From positions 445,721 through 509,720 of the forward strand of contig NMRA01000261.1 in the NCBI GenBank assembly GCA_002633005.1: a stretch of 64,000 bases of DNA, in the 5' to 3' direction. The stretch is from Phoronis australis (Eukaryota; Animalia; Phoronida). The translations under genes and the position numbers were made by a program. Under the pieces are notes generated by a model, which did not search any database, was not told the origin of the DNA, and saw nothing but the letters and a program-made list of their open reading frames with translations. Below, piece by piece: positions 53,058 through 64,000 of the stretch (positions are counted from its first letter, which is position 1; each line of letters opens with the position of its first letter).

Positions 53058-53629
53058 AGACAAACTCCCGCAGCCGAAAGTCTCATTCCTCTGTCCTTGA
53101 TGCTTGGTATTTGGTTCATGTTACTGTAGCTTCCACAACCGCTACTGGTTTCCTTTATGGAGATGACAGCATCTTTCAATTTTGAAACGGATTCAGCATA
53201 CTCTGCACCATATAGTGACCATTCTTATTTTTGTCGAATCTGTTTTTATCGTCTGCCTCTACCGCCACTGACACCGCTGAGGGTCATTATGAAAATTGAC
53301 AGATGCGATAATATCTCGACTGCTGTTGATTTTCGGACGGGCCAACTATTATAGTGTCGCCTAGTAGCATTTTTGCATCTGCGTCTGTATCTCCCAAATC
53401 CCTTTCAGGATCTTTTCGAAATCTGGCAAGTGCCATATAGTCCAATGGTCTTGCCAACAGACAGACGGATCAGACTTCTGTTGTGCCTCCAAGTGACAAA
53501 TTGATTTTTTACATTCGCCTTTATGTCTTTGGAGTTTCATAACGGCAAAAAGTTCTCTATTAGGGAAAGGCGACATCCTCCCATTTTCGGAGGTGTTCAT
53601 CGTATTCTACGCCATCTAGTGGCCATTTT

Positions 53630-53787
53630 CAGGACAGGATCCAGGATTTTGAGTTGAGGGGGTGGGAGCTAAGCAGAGTATTAGCCAGGATTTTGCCGAC
53701 AAACATTAGAATCCCCGCACTGCCAAATGGAATCTGTGATGATTTTAGGGGGGCATAGCCCCCTTGGTCCCCCTAAATCCGCCACTG
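53630..53787 (+). mobile_element. ~160-bp mini-MITE of the same family, TSD ATTTT
   Basis: ATTTT|CAGGACAGGATCCAGG...AAATCCGCCACTG|ATTTT. Confidence 0.85.
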
Positions 53788-53997
53788 ATTTTATGGTACG
53801 AATAATTACTCCTATAAGCATACCGTTTACGATCCAATCGTGCGCGTTGCTCTGGTTGATATTTTCTTGGTGTTTAGACGTCCACTATTTCTTGCATGAG
53901 GACTACACCAATGATCGAAGTGTAGTCATTATACAATACTGACGACAAAACGCTTAGTATAATAAGCGCTACATTACTGTTACGGCTATCGTTGCAG

Positions 53998-54179
53998 TTT
54001 TGAGGATTTCATCAAAAGGAACAAGATCCAGAGCCATCACGCGGCACACGTTTACGAAAAGAGGTCCAGACTGTTACTTACGGAGTGAATTAATTTGTGA
54101 AGATTCTCCGAGGGGCATCATGATGCGGTTGATTATGAGCAGAAAAAGGCAGAGGGTTAGAGGAAATTCCGGTTTTTAA
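53998..54179 (+). CDS. Second coding exon of the secreted precursor: FLRISSKGTRSRAITRHTFT-KR-GPDCYLRSELICEDSPRGIMMRLIMS-RKR-QRVRGNSGF*
   Basis: gttgcAG acceptor. The phase-1 frame is the only one open across the exon. TAA at 54177-54179; CAG|GTAAC donor after 54183. Confidence 0.6.
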
Positions 54180-55323
54180 ACAGGTAACTAGAGAGTTTCG
54201 GAAAAGAACTCGCCAAGAAGGAGCCAAAAAGCTTCTGTCGACACTGCTATGCATGACCAATATCACACAAACCTGTGTGTATTTGTATAAAAGGCCACAG
54301 AACACTTGTTATTTATCAAATTAAATAATTGCAGACAACCAATTTGCACGATATACAAATTGTGAACAAATAAAACATTGATTTGAATGACATTTACTTT
54401 GCGTTCGGGAATATGTGTTTGCTATGGGTTAATATGTGTTTGCTATGTGTGTGATAATAGTTGCCACATAATAATTTGGTACTTACTAAAAGGAGGGCTA
54501 AAACGCGAAAAACAGACTAAATTGCATTATTCGAAGTAGTTCTATGCCAATGAAACAGAATTCAACTTGGTATTTTTACGATTTGTTGGTAAAAATTTTG
54601 GATTTGAAAAAAAGATCTGACAGTTGCTTGTCACTTCGTCGATTTTCCTCTCTCAAGGCAAAGCACATCTCCTTGTTTCGTATGGCAAGACATACACTGT
54701 GGATGTAGCACATTTCCTTTACACGGCATGCTGGGGCTCGAATTCCCGACGTTGTGGACCAGTCGCTAACAAAAGAGCGTTCGAGCCCCCCGAGCCCCCC
54801 CCTGGGTGCGCGCATGCTAGTTCGCAATTTCTTGTAAGTTTTCAGTGTAAAAATACTATATGTATCCACAAGAAAATGTTTTCATTTGATTTGAATTAGA
54901 GTTTTGCCTGATTTTGTTGGAGACGCTATGTGTTATGCAATTGACCCATTTGTGAAGACACAGATTAAGACTTGCGAGTCCTGAAAATAGAAAGTTTATA
55001 GTTTTTAGAGCAGTAAAACTGCTTTTGCAGGAACGACGCCTGGGATCAATGTTTTAAGTAACCCAAATTAACTGGTGCAATCAAAATTGGCGTCGTACAC
55101 GCGAGTTTTAAGTTAGTCCACCAGGAGATTGCACACCAACCGTGAAATACGGCTTCTACCGTTGCATTCGGATTGGTTCTACTTTCCCTTATTTCACGTT
55201 ATATTTCACGGGGTATTGAATGTCCGTATTCACAAATCTATGGGATAAGATAATTTAAGATATAGCGTATTATGTATTGACCAACCTGGCCATGGAATAT
55301 CACTTTTGTCGTCCGCACGCCAG

Positions 55324-55397
55324 ATGTCGCTTTTCGCGATCTGACCATTCAGACGTTGCAGATATCATTAACCCTGACAATGAAGCGAGCAGACGAT
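55324..55397 (+). other. Candidate downstream exon of the same gene (3'UTR, or coding if exon 53998 is skipped or its TAA is a lesion)
   Basis: Pyrimidine-rich ...cgccAG acceptor and AT|GTAAGT donor. Open in phase 1 as xVAFRDLTIQTLQISLTLTMKRADD. Confidence 0.45.
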
Positions 55398-55676
55398 GTA
55401 AGTTCATAGAGTACATCAAATCAAGAGAAAAAAAACAGAAGACGAAAAATCAGAGGAAAGGAGAACTAGTGGTCGTGTAACAAAACAAATATATCAGATA
55501 TTAAGCACTTCAGGGGAGCAATATTCAACAATGGTCTCCCATGGCCCATGTGACCTGATATCTCTCACGGGATCGGCCCATATTTCTAGGCCTATGGATA
55601 CGCATGGATTGGAATGTAATGTTTACAAATAGGTGAAATTCTCATTGTATATGTTATGCTTTGTTTGAATTTTCAG

Positions 55677-56300
55677 TGACATGAACAAAATGCCAGGGTC
55701 GGGATAAAGTATATCACAAGTCCTGTTTGATGGCCCACTACTTACGTCCCGGATGGACTTTGAAACCACATCGATGTGACTGCGCCATGACCACGTGATG
55801 TTGTGGAAACAGCCTGGAGATCACGTCTCAATGAGGCTGACATTACAGAGAGTGCATAACACTGTCATACATATCGGCATATAAGCTGCGCTTATAGGCA
55901 GGCAGTTATATGAAATGATGAGTTATTTTCCAAAACATTTTTTGCTCAAATAATTCGCATATAGGCGTATTGACCTTTTTACGGTTAAAAATTTGTGAGA
56001 TGTCTGCATTGGATTGTGTGACGCCGGTTTACCAGTAGAATGAAAAACAAACAGTAAAGTAAGAGAACTTACTCCTGCATAACCAGCCAACAGATGGCGA
56101 AAAAACGTATTTCCTAGAAGTCTCTAACCGTGAAAAGGTGCATGCGTTCGATTCCTGATATAGTCACAGCTTGGCATACGTGCGCATGGGTCTAAAGTCT
56201 CGAACATAAGCTTAAACATATCTTAAAAACATTGTCAAATGTTAAAAATTATTCTTATTTCTTTGCACACCAATATTCAATAAATAATATAAACGTGATG
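55677..56300 (+). other. Candidate terminal exon/3'UTR with AATAAA at 56279-56284
   Basis: Strong ttgtttgaattttcAG acceptor; begins with TGA. Confidence 0.45.
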
Positions 56301-57376
56301 CAATGTAACTTCTTGCGTCTGTATTAACCTTTTCTATTCTCTGACTATTGAACCTCATTAAGTAGAAACATAGCAAGGTAGCTGGAGGCCGTTTTTTCAT
56401 GACAGGCATTAGGCCTATCTTCTGAATCACTGTCTAGTTTATAAGGTAGGTGAAAGAGTTTGTGTGAATATGTTGGGTAAAGATTCGCCTGTTTTTAAAG
56501 AAATTGTTCATCTTAAGATACTCTGTCCTCTACATTCACAACTTTAGAACACGGGTTGAGTTTCCTCAGTCGAAAAATATCACTAAAATATAAACATTTC
56601 GTAACTTCCAGCTTTGAGTTCGCTTTATTAAACTAGGATATCTGCGGAAACCTCATCACAATATGGCTGCAGTTGATTGAGTATCGTCACTCATTACGGT
56701 GGCCATTAATGTGGAGGTGCACCACCAAAAATGAAAGTTAAATTTGAAAATATTTGAAGTCGTGCGAAATGAACATTCTACCGGCTTAAGTTTGACTGAC
56801 TTAACATGCGTTAAAATCTGTTTTACGAAGTGTTTCACTAAAATAACGTGGAAGGAGTTGCTTTAAAAGGACACTAAGCCGTGGGGTTTTGGCGATTTCC
56901 GCCCAAATTGCCGGGTTCTGTTATCTGCCGTTCAGGGATCAACCAATCCCTCCCCTCAGTGAAAGTTAAGGAGTTTTACCCCCTATTCAGCAAGAATAGT
57001 TCCTGGTTGTAAATTGTATTACAAGGTGTAGCGTAAAAGTGGAAAGTGTTTCCCTTCTTTAATCCTTTAAGTCGTCCAAAGAATTAGTCACCGATTCAGC
57101 TAATTTGTAACACTAGGTTTTCAAACTTGCACCAAAAAACTTAGGAATGTTTACGAAGTATTATTTTGTTTCGAAACTTAAAGAACTCTAAAGCAACAAT
57201 AAAATACAAGGTTTAATGTCCTTTTAACTCAACTGAATTGCGTTAATGCCGTAATGACTGTCAAATGACTGAAAATAAAGAATCTTGAATCGAGTATTTG
57301 TGGATCGTTGTAACGTAGTTTGAAAGCAAAAGCCTTTAAAATGATGGTGTCGCGAACATTACAAACAGGAAAGACG

Positions 57377-58115
57377 AAAACGTACCGAGAGTGGTGTACA
57401 TGACGTAATATCCCACGAGACATTATTCCGCGTATCGACCGAGATCGAAGGTCGATGCGCGGAAAAAGTTCGAGTGGGATATTACTTCATGTACGCCAAT
57501 CGAGGTACGTTTTGTATTTATCCCATACGCTTCGAATTCCTAAGTTTCTTACATTTTTTCGGCACATTTTTTAATTACTTGACCTAGACTGTTCACTTGG
57601 CGGATCACACCCTATATGTATGTACTTGCGCGTTAGGTTGCAAGTTTTCTCTTGTAAAAGAAACAGTTTTAAAAGTAACGATTTATTTCTTGAAAAGAAG
57701 TAACAAAGATGAAAACAACGGCAACTGTGCGATGAACTTGTAACATCTCTTGGAAATAGTTAAAAAATAACAATACTTGATACTGTAGTTTCCTAGGAAT
57801 CGGCGCCTGAGTTGCAGACGATATAGTATTCAGCAATTGAAAACTGAAACATAAGTGTCAAATAATTAACAGTTTTGATCCAGATTTTACGTTTAGGGTC
57901 TGGTTGCATGTCGAGTGTTAGTTACACTGTATTACTTAAACTATATTCGGAAAGTTTGATGATCGAACCGGCTGAAGACCTCGAGTCGACATTGACCTAC
58001 CTTTTGAACTTTCCATATCAGAGGTCACTGTTGAAGTAGTGCGGGAGGTGAATAGGGAAAACTTTATTACATGGCCGTATTTCCCTCGACAGATTCAACG
58101 CGTATGGGATAAAAT
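57377..58115 (+). mobile_element. Copy 2 of the hairpin-headed ~750-bp element
   Basis: Colinear with 36341-37088. Confidence 0.88.
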
Positions 58116-59067
58116 TATTTGATTGTAACGTGAAAACAATTATTACTTGTACGTGTGAACACTAACAATTATTAAAAACCTGGATGTGGCAGTTTTCATG
58201 CCCATTCATCTTTGATTTGAGGGCAATCTGAAATCCTTGTTGTTGTCGTTGAACTATAAAGAACTGTTTAAAGCGTTCTCGTTTTATTCTTTTTCTGTTA
58301 AAGTATTCTTTTTAAATTTCTAATCGTAACTAACTTAAGAAAAAAGTTGTTGCAAAATCGGACCTGGAACCTTGGCGTTGGCAATCAAATGCTTTGCTGG
58401 AGGGTCTAAGTCCACCTCTGTAAACGAACAAGTGTTTTAAGTGTATTTAATTGCTCAAGTCACCGTCCTTGATTTCAGCGAATGCCTGGCAGACATCGAC
58501 CAGGATTGGTGATTTGTAATAAAATCACAAAAACACAACAGATTTTGTTGTTTTATAGCTCTGGTCAAAGAAAATAACTTCAACAAGTCCCAACCATGCA
58601 CCAACAATCACAAAAGTGCGTTTTTTGGCCGTGAAAATGAGGATGTGACATTAATATTTGTCTCTAACTTAATTTAATAAATGACCGCTGGTTTTAACCC
58701 GACTTCACTCGAAGAAAATAAACCTTGGATGTAAGCCACTACATTAGTAATATAAAACTCAGGTCTAATCTTGTTCCGTACTGAAGAGATGATCTCTGGG
58801 CTTGTACAGAAATGGCGATTGTCTATTCCCGAGTAGTAAAGTAGACGGGCAGAAGCCATTGATGTCTAGCTGGAACTGTTCCTGGCCGTATGAATTCTAA
58901 TTTCCTGACAACCAAGTGTAGTTTTGCCTGTAAGATTTTTGGCTCTTCAGTTATTGATCGCACCATTCCAAGTGCTGAGATGAATTGTTGAAACAAGTCG
59001 ATGATGTTGATACTACAGCACTTTGTCATTGCTACTTTCATGAGAGTCGTTCCATACTTTTAACCAT

Positions 59068-59135
59068 TTCTCTCTCCCCTTCCCCCTCGCTCTCTGTCTC
59101 ACTCCCCTCTCTCTCCTTCAGTCTCTCTCTGTCTC
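59068..59135. repeat. CT-rich microsatellite
   Basis: Directly visible. Confidence 0.85.
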
Positions 59136-59334
59136 GGTCAAGAGCCAACGGAGTTCGTGGCTGGTCTTTTCGGTTTATGAAATTATGGTTCTGCCGCTCT
59201 TAATTGTTGGTTCAAATCAGGCGATGGTCTATACTGTTGTGCAATGAGCCATGCATAATGTGGTGCGCCTCGAAATTCATCCGTGTAAGGTGTAGAGCAA
59301 CACATTTGCAATAACAAAATTAGTAAATAAATAG

Positions 59335-60330
59335 CATGGGCGGATTTAGGGGGGGGGGGCAGCCCCCCCCTTGCTTGGCTGCCGCAAAAAAATAAAACAG
59401 CAAGAGCGTAGGGAAATGTTGAGTTTATTAATTAACCCCGATAATTAAAATTATACGGATGAAACAAGATTTAAATGTGTGCAGTTTTAGGGTTCTGGTG
59501 GGGGACTCAGATCCAATTTCAAGTGTCAAATTCGGAACGCGGCTTATTCGTAACGGAAGTATGGCTAAGTATAGGCTCTCCCGCGATATCCCAGGCGACC
59601 GGCAGTGGCGCTGCGCACTACGACTCCGTTTCCGTCGTCTGCTTCACTGTGCTATGAAGAAAATTTACTTCATTTTTTAAAGAAAATGGAACATGAGTGA
59701 CGATGAAAAAACAGAATCTGCTGGTAAGATGTGAATTTAAATCGAAGCCTTAGTGAATCACTCAGAAACTCATAATTCTCTCTTTGTCAAACTGACTTTT
59801 AAGTCTTAAAAGACGATTTCCTAAGCAACCCGTCATTATTGCCAACACGAAAAACGGATTTGGTCTTTTGGGCATTTCAAGAGTATTTTAAATACAACAA
59901 ATTTGTTAAGAACCGATTGCACAAAATATAAAACGTGTAATAAACATTATAAAAAGAAGTAGGTTTCGCGCGCAAACGCTATAGATCATAAACAAGTAGG
60001 TTTCTTAGTATGAGAGAGAAGTCGTGGTGTTGTAGTGGTAAAGTACGCGCGCGCTAACCGCCAGGTCGCGAGTTCGAGTCTCTGGTACGAGCAGTTTTTA
60101 CTGATTTGATACGTTCTTCGTGTTTTTTTCTTGGATAATTCTTTAGGAATCAAGGAAAATGCTTTATTTTTGGAGGAAAAAACAGAAAAATTTCCTTGGC
60201 GAGAGGGGGGCAACCCCCCTCACAACCTCCCCCCTTCGGTGCTATGCGCATCTACAATCGTGGTTTGCGCAAATGCTTACGGCCGGACAAAATGTTGGGC
60301 CCCCCGTGTGATATCCTAGATCCGCCACTG
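59335..60330 (+). mobile_element. Longest copy of the hAT5-like MITE, TSD AATAG
   Basis: AATAG|CATGGGCGGATTTAGG...CCTAGATCCGCCACTG|AATAG. Confidence 0.92.
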
Positions 60331-60589
60331 AATAGTAACAGCAAACATAATTATCTTTTAGAGATGAATATATTAAGACTGCACAAAGAAATGAAAGAAA
60401 GTAATTAGAAGCACCAATGGGCATAGAATAAACTAATCAGTAGTTCCCAAAATCATGCAAACAATTTACGATAATTTTCTGTACAAGCGATCAAGTGCAG
60501 GGAACAGTAAAGACATCAAGTTCAAGTCACCCATCACTGGTTGACTGACAAGAGTTTCACTCAGAAATTTCCTCTGTTTCAATCATTAA

Positions 60590-60690
60590 CATCATCTACC
60601 TTGATCATTGGGGAAGCAAAAATCACGAATTTTCAATTAAGTGTTACTGCAGCCGTAGGCAGTACAAAACACCTTTGCTTTTTTACCTAC
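60590..60690 (-). pseudogene. Decayed THAP-domain N-terminus
   Basis: KAKVFCTAYGCSNT*LKIRDFCFPNDQGR* fits the C-x-AYGC-x-N...F-x-FP-x-D THAP signature. Confidence 0.6.
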
Positions 60691-61564
60691 AAGAGTCGTC
60701 ATATCTTGCCATATTTGTTTATTGCACACACGCCCGCTAGACGTCTCTACGGTCCATGAAACAACAATGTCTGCCAGTGGCCGTCCAATGGGATTTCGCT
60801 AGGTGTACTCTTTCCCTCTACGGTCTCGTATCTTCAAGGGCAGGCTTCGGCACGCACATCATGCACAAGAATGAATCATTATTCCGATAAAAATACTTTC
60901 CAAAGATAGAGAGAGTGAAGAACTTCTCCGCCCTTAGGGTCTTGATGACGTCATCCCAAACTGCTCTAGCTGGCACTTGAGACATCAGTTGGCAATCATC
61001 ATAAAATCTCTCGTTGGATTAGGCTATTTCTCCCAGTTGTCCTGGCACATCAGGTCGCGTACCTAAATGAAGCCGCCGTAGTGGTCAGGAATTGTACTTC
61101 AACAATGCCACGCGTCTCGGAAGAACTGTGCTTCGTTCACAACATTAACCTTGATCACTACTATGTTGTCCGCACTCACGGCTGTTAACGCCACGCCTGC
61201 TCTGTTGAGAACATTAACCTGTTCACATGTCTTGATCAAAACGTCAAGTCACTTTCGGTCGGTTAGTTTTATACTTATTTTTGAAATCCTATAACGTTTC
61301 AACACGTTATATATTTAGGAAATTCGTGCTCCATAAAACAACCATTTTAGAATTACTACGAGAACGTGTTCAGCCAAGAACTCCAAAATAATTACATTCA
61401 CCTGACAATGAAATATTCTGGTGCATAACACACTTTCGTACATTCCGAAAAAGCCTTTTCAATCTTTACGAAATGATAACTGAGGAACGATATCAACCAA
61501 AAACCACCACTCGCTGTACTTGTAAATTAAATTTGTTGTTCTAAAAAATATTCATTTGTCAGTG

Positions 61565-61803
61565 CATGGGCGCACCCAGGGGGAGGGGGGATCGAGGGGC
61601 TCGAACGAAGTGGGTAAAAAGGTCCGCCTCAGAGAAACAAAAAGTCCGAGAAAACGAGACAAAAGTCCACTAAAAAGGCGCAGACGCACAGTTCACAGAC
61701 CTGAAGGTGGTACCCCGTTTTTTTAATCCTCCGCTTTTTGTTAGCAAAAGGTCCACTTTGTCAGAGATTCGATCCCCCATATTAGAGACTGGGTGCGCGC
61801 ATG
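61565..61803 (+). mobile_element. ~240-bp MITE, CATG(G/C)GCGCACCCAG TIRs, near-perfect 5-bp TSD (CAGTG/CAATG)
   Basis: TIRs visible. Inverted relative at 63229-63487; a lone terminus at ~54775-54816. Confidence 0.8.
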
Positions 61804-63228
61804 CAATGTGCATAAAAGTACTGAATGTGGACCAGTAGTTCGGGGGTCCCGGGGGTATTCCCATAGATGAGGTATACGGGACGTGCCATTCAGAAGGCTG
61901 ACATTTCACAACCAGATTCCTTGCAAAAAGTGGCCTTTCCTTACACAACTCTCTTCGAAAAGGTGCCTTTTTTGACAAAATATCCTAAACGGGTTCACTT
62001 TGGGAGTTTGAAGCCATACAAATAATTTTCTTTTCTAACTAGCCATTTCTACACAAGGGTTTTTAATAATAACTGCGTCTTCAAAATCTTAGTTGCAAAA
62101 GATGTACTCATTTTTTGACACCACGACCTATATTCTTGTACCATTTCGGGTGTAATGGATATGATTCAGCTATCCAATAATCCCTAGCAAAAGGTTCTGT
62201 TCAAAGAATTAATCGTTACATAAACATAAGGATTTTGGAGCAAATCCCTTCAAAAGGACGACTTTTTCATGGATACCAATTACAGATGGTTCCCATATTT
62301 TCTTCACCCTCCCTTACGTTTCCAGTTGCACGCGTAGTCAAAAATTTAGTCGAGTACTTCCAGGGCAGCTGTTGTGCTCCAGCAAACTCAGAAATTGGGG
62401 AATCTGGAACCGAGAAAATAATGTATCCAGCTAGATTAAATACCCACTGTACCACCAAACTCTGGTAAAAACCCATTTTTCTCCACCGCCATGACAAAGC
62501 TTCTACCTTCAGATGTTCTAGATAACTAAAACTGAGATCAGAGGTACCGAGGTCTCAAAGCTAAATTGCGAACCATAGACCAATGACCGGAGGTTAACTT
62601 CAGTCGGAAGATAAAAATTACAACAATTGCTAATTGTCGCTCCCCCAGATTTTTCAGCTAAATTTATTGATCAAAATTAGCAATGACCTACCATCTCTGT
62701 CGTTGCAAAACATGCCTGGAATCATCACATCACGTTACCTCCAAAACTATTTGCTGTCCCAAAGGAGGTAAAATCGTTTAATTTAACGTCTATAACAGAC
62801 AGTGTAACCCTCTTTTAGCAAATGACGAGTGCCGGCCCTTGAAACCATGTCGTATAGGCCTACAAATTAGGTAAATCCAACTACCCCAGTAAATGGGACG
62901 CTCAGCAGATTCCGAAAAGGTCGTGTCTACATGTAATCTATACGTTTTTGCAATGTGCAATATTTGTCTCTTCATCTCGAGGAACACCTAGGAAATTTTC
63001 GTAGCCTCAAGTTATGGTAGCACCATTTGTGTGTTATCACTTGCTTGGACTACACTGTAGAAGCTAGCGCTGCCGATGCCAAAAGAAAGATGTTGGTATA
63101 AGCCTTGGACCCAATGTTTGTTGGGTTTTAGTATATGACAAGTTCATTTTCTTTTTAGTAACGTTGTAAACATTGGGAAGTGTTTCACCTTACTACTTCC
63201 CACATATTGTTAGCACAGGGTTATTTAT

Positions 63229-63487
63229 CATGCGCGCACCCAGTCTAAAATATAGGGGACTCGAATTTTTCAGTATGCGGACCTTTTACTGAAAGAAATC
63301 AACGAGGACTAAAAAAACGGGGCCACTAGGTTCAGGCCCACGCATCGTGCATCTGCGCAGACTTCCCGTGGATTTTGGTGGCCTGTTGTCTCGTTTACTC
63401 GTACTTTTTGTTTCACTGAGGCGGACCTTTTTGCCCAATTCGCCAAATTGGGGGGTTCGAAGGAGCCCCCCCCTGGGTGCACCCATG
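63229..63487 (-). mobile_element. MITE of the 61565 family, TSD TTTAT/TTTAC
   Basis: CATGCGCGCACCCAG...CTGGGTGCACCCATG. Confidence 0.8.
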
Positions 63488-63655
63488 TTTACGCGTCTAC
63501 AATGGAGTTGTTTTCGTTCTCCACGACATCGGTACACTAACTGCGTGAAATGTATGTGTGATCTAAGTATGATTAGAGTCTAGAAATTTGTTTTTGTATC
63601 CACGCACTTGTATGAATGGTTCAGTTGCATAAACATCGGTTGTAAATTTTACAAT

Positions 63656-64000
63656 TAGACCGGCAGCCCAGAGCACTTAGCATAGATGAACGAGGTACCA
63701 ACATCTGACCACGGGAGCATTTAAAGTCCACCTCAGTATGTACAGAAATGGACGTCTGCCGTTGTATGCACTCTGGGTGTGACCCCTGGGGGCCTTACAA
63801 AGACTCCAAAAAATGAGCTAGACTAGATATTCGAGGTACCAACCAAAACTGATTTAAAACGAACAATAATACCGCACTGAACACCGAATGACCCATGACA
63901 GACAAATTGCACTCTGGAATGGGTCCGGCAGAAGCCAAAAAAGACCCCCCAAAAATGAGCTAGCACATACATTCGAGGTACCACACAAAACCAATTCCAT
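63656..64000 (+). mobile_element. Copy 2 of the TAGACCGGCAG element (runs off the window)
   Basis: Colinear with 52250-52590. Confidence 0.85.

Noticed and set aside
53999-54160. Alternative frame FEDFIKR...EKRSRLLLTE-TGA-INL-TGA-RFSEGHHDAVD..., tempting as a selenocysteine U-x3-U peptide
   Set aside because: It needs phase 2 but the upstream exon ends in phase 1. Candidate SECIS hairpins at 55680-55740 and 55785-55840 lack a correctly apposed AUGA/GA core and spacing.
58674-62497. Minus-strand ORFs 58674-59041 and 62267-62497 as exons of a further gene
   Set aside because: No recognisable homology and no consistent splice-phase chain.

Overview
This is eukaryotic, AT-rich animal DNA, not prokaryotic. 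It is probably a marine invertebrate deuterostome, but that is an impression from the repeat content, not a demonstrated assignment. Nearly all ORFs in the supplied track are spurious. Supported content: (1) the last four coding exons of XRCC1 on + (2678-7048: acidic CK2 linker and BRCT2); (2) a spliced + strand gene absent from the ORF track (~42950-56300). It encodes a ~114-aa secreted precursor: signal peptide, KR site, a two-cysteine peptide, then RKR. I cannot assign this candidate neuropeptide/hormone to a known family, and its phase-symmetric exon and stop placement hint at a longer or alternative product; (3) a dense patchwork of transposon relics: a Helentron/HINE-like element with arrayed CTCF-like motifs, a composite Kolobok-like insertion with an empty-site paralog in the window, several MITE families with 5-bp TSDs (one carrying a tRNA-like Pol III cassette), and HERO, Penelope, AcademX-like and THAP fragments, plus micro- and minisatellites. 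No CRISPR, rRNA or intact tRNA gene was seen. Family names come from motif recall, not database searches.
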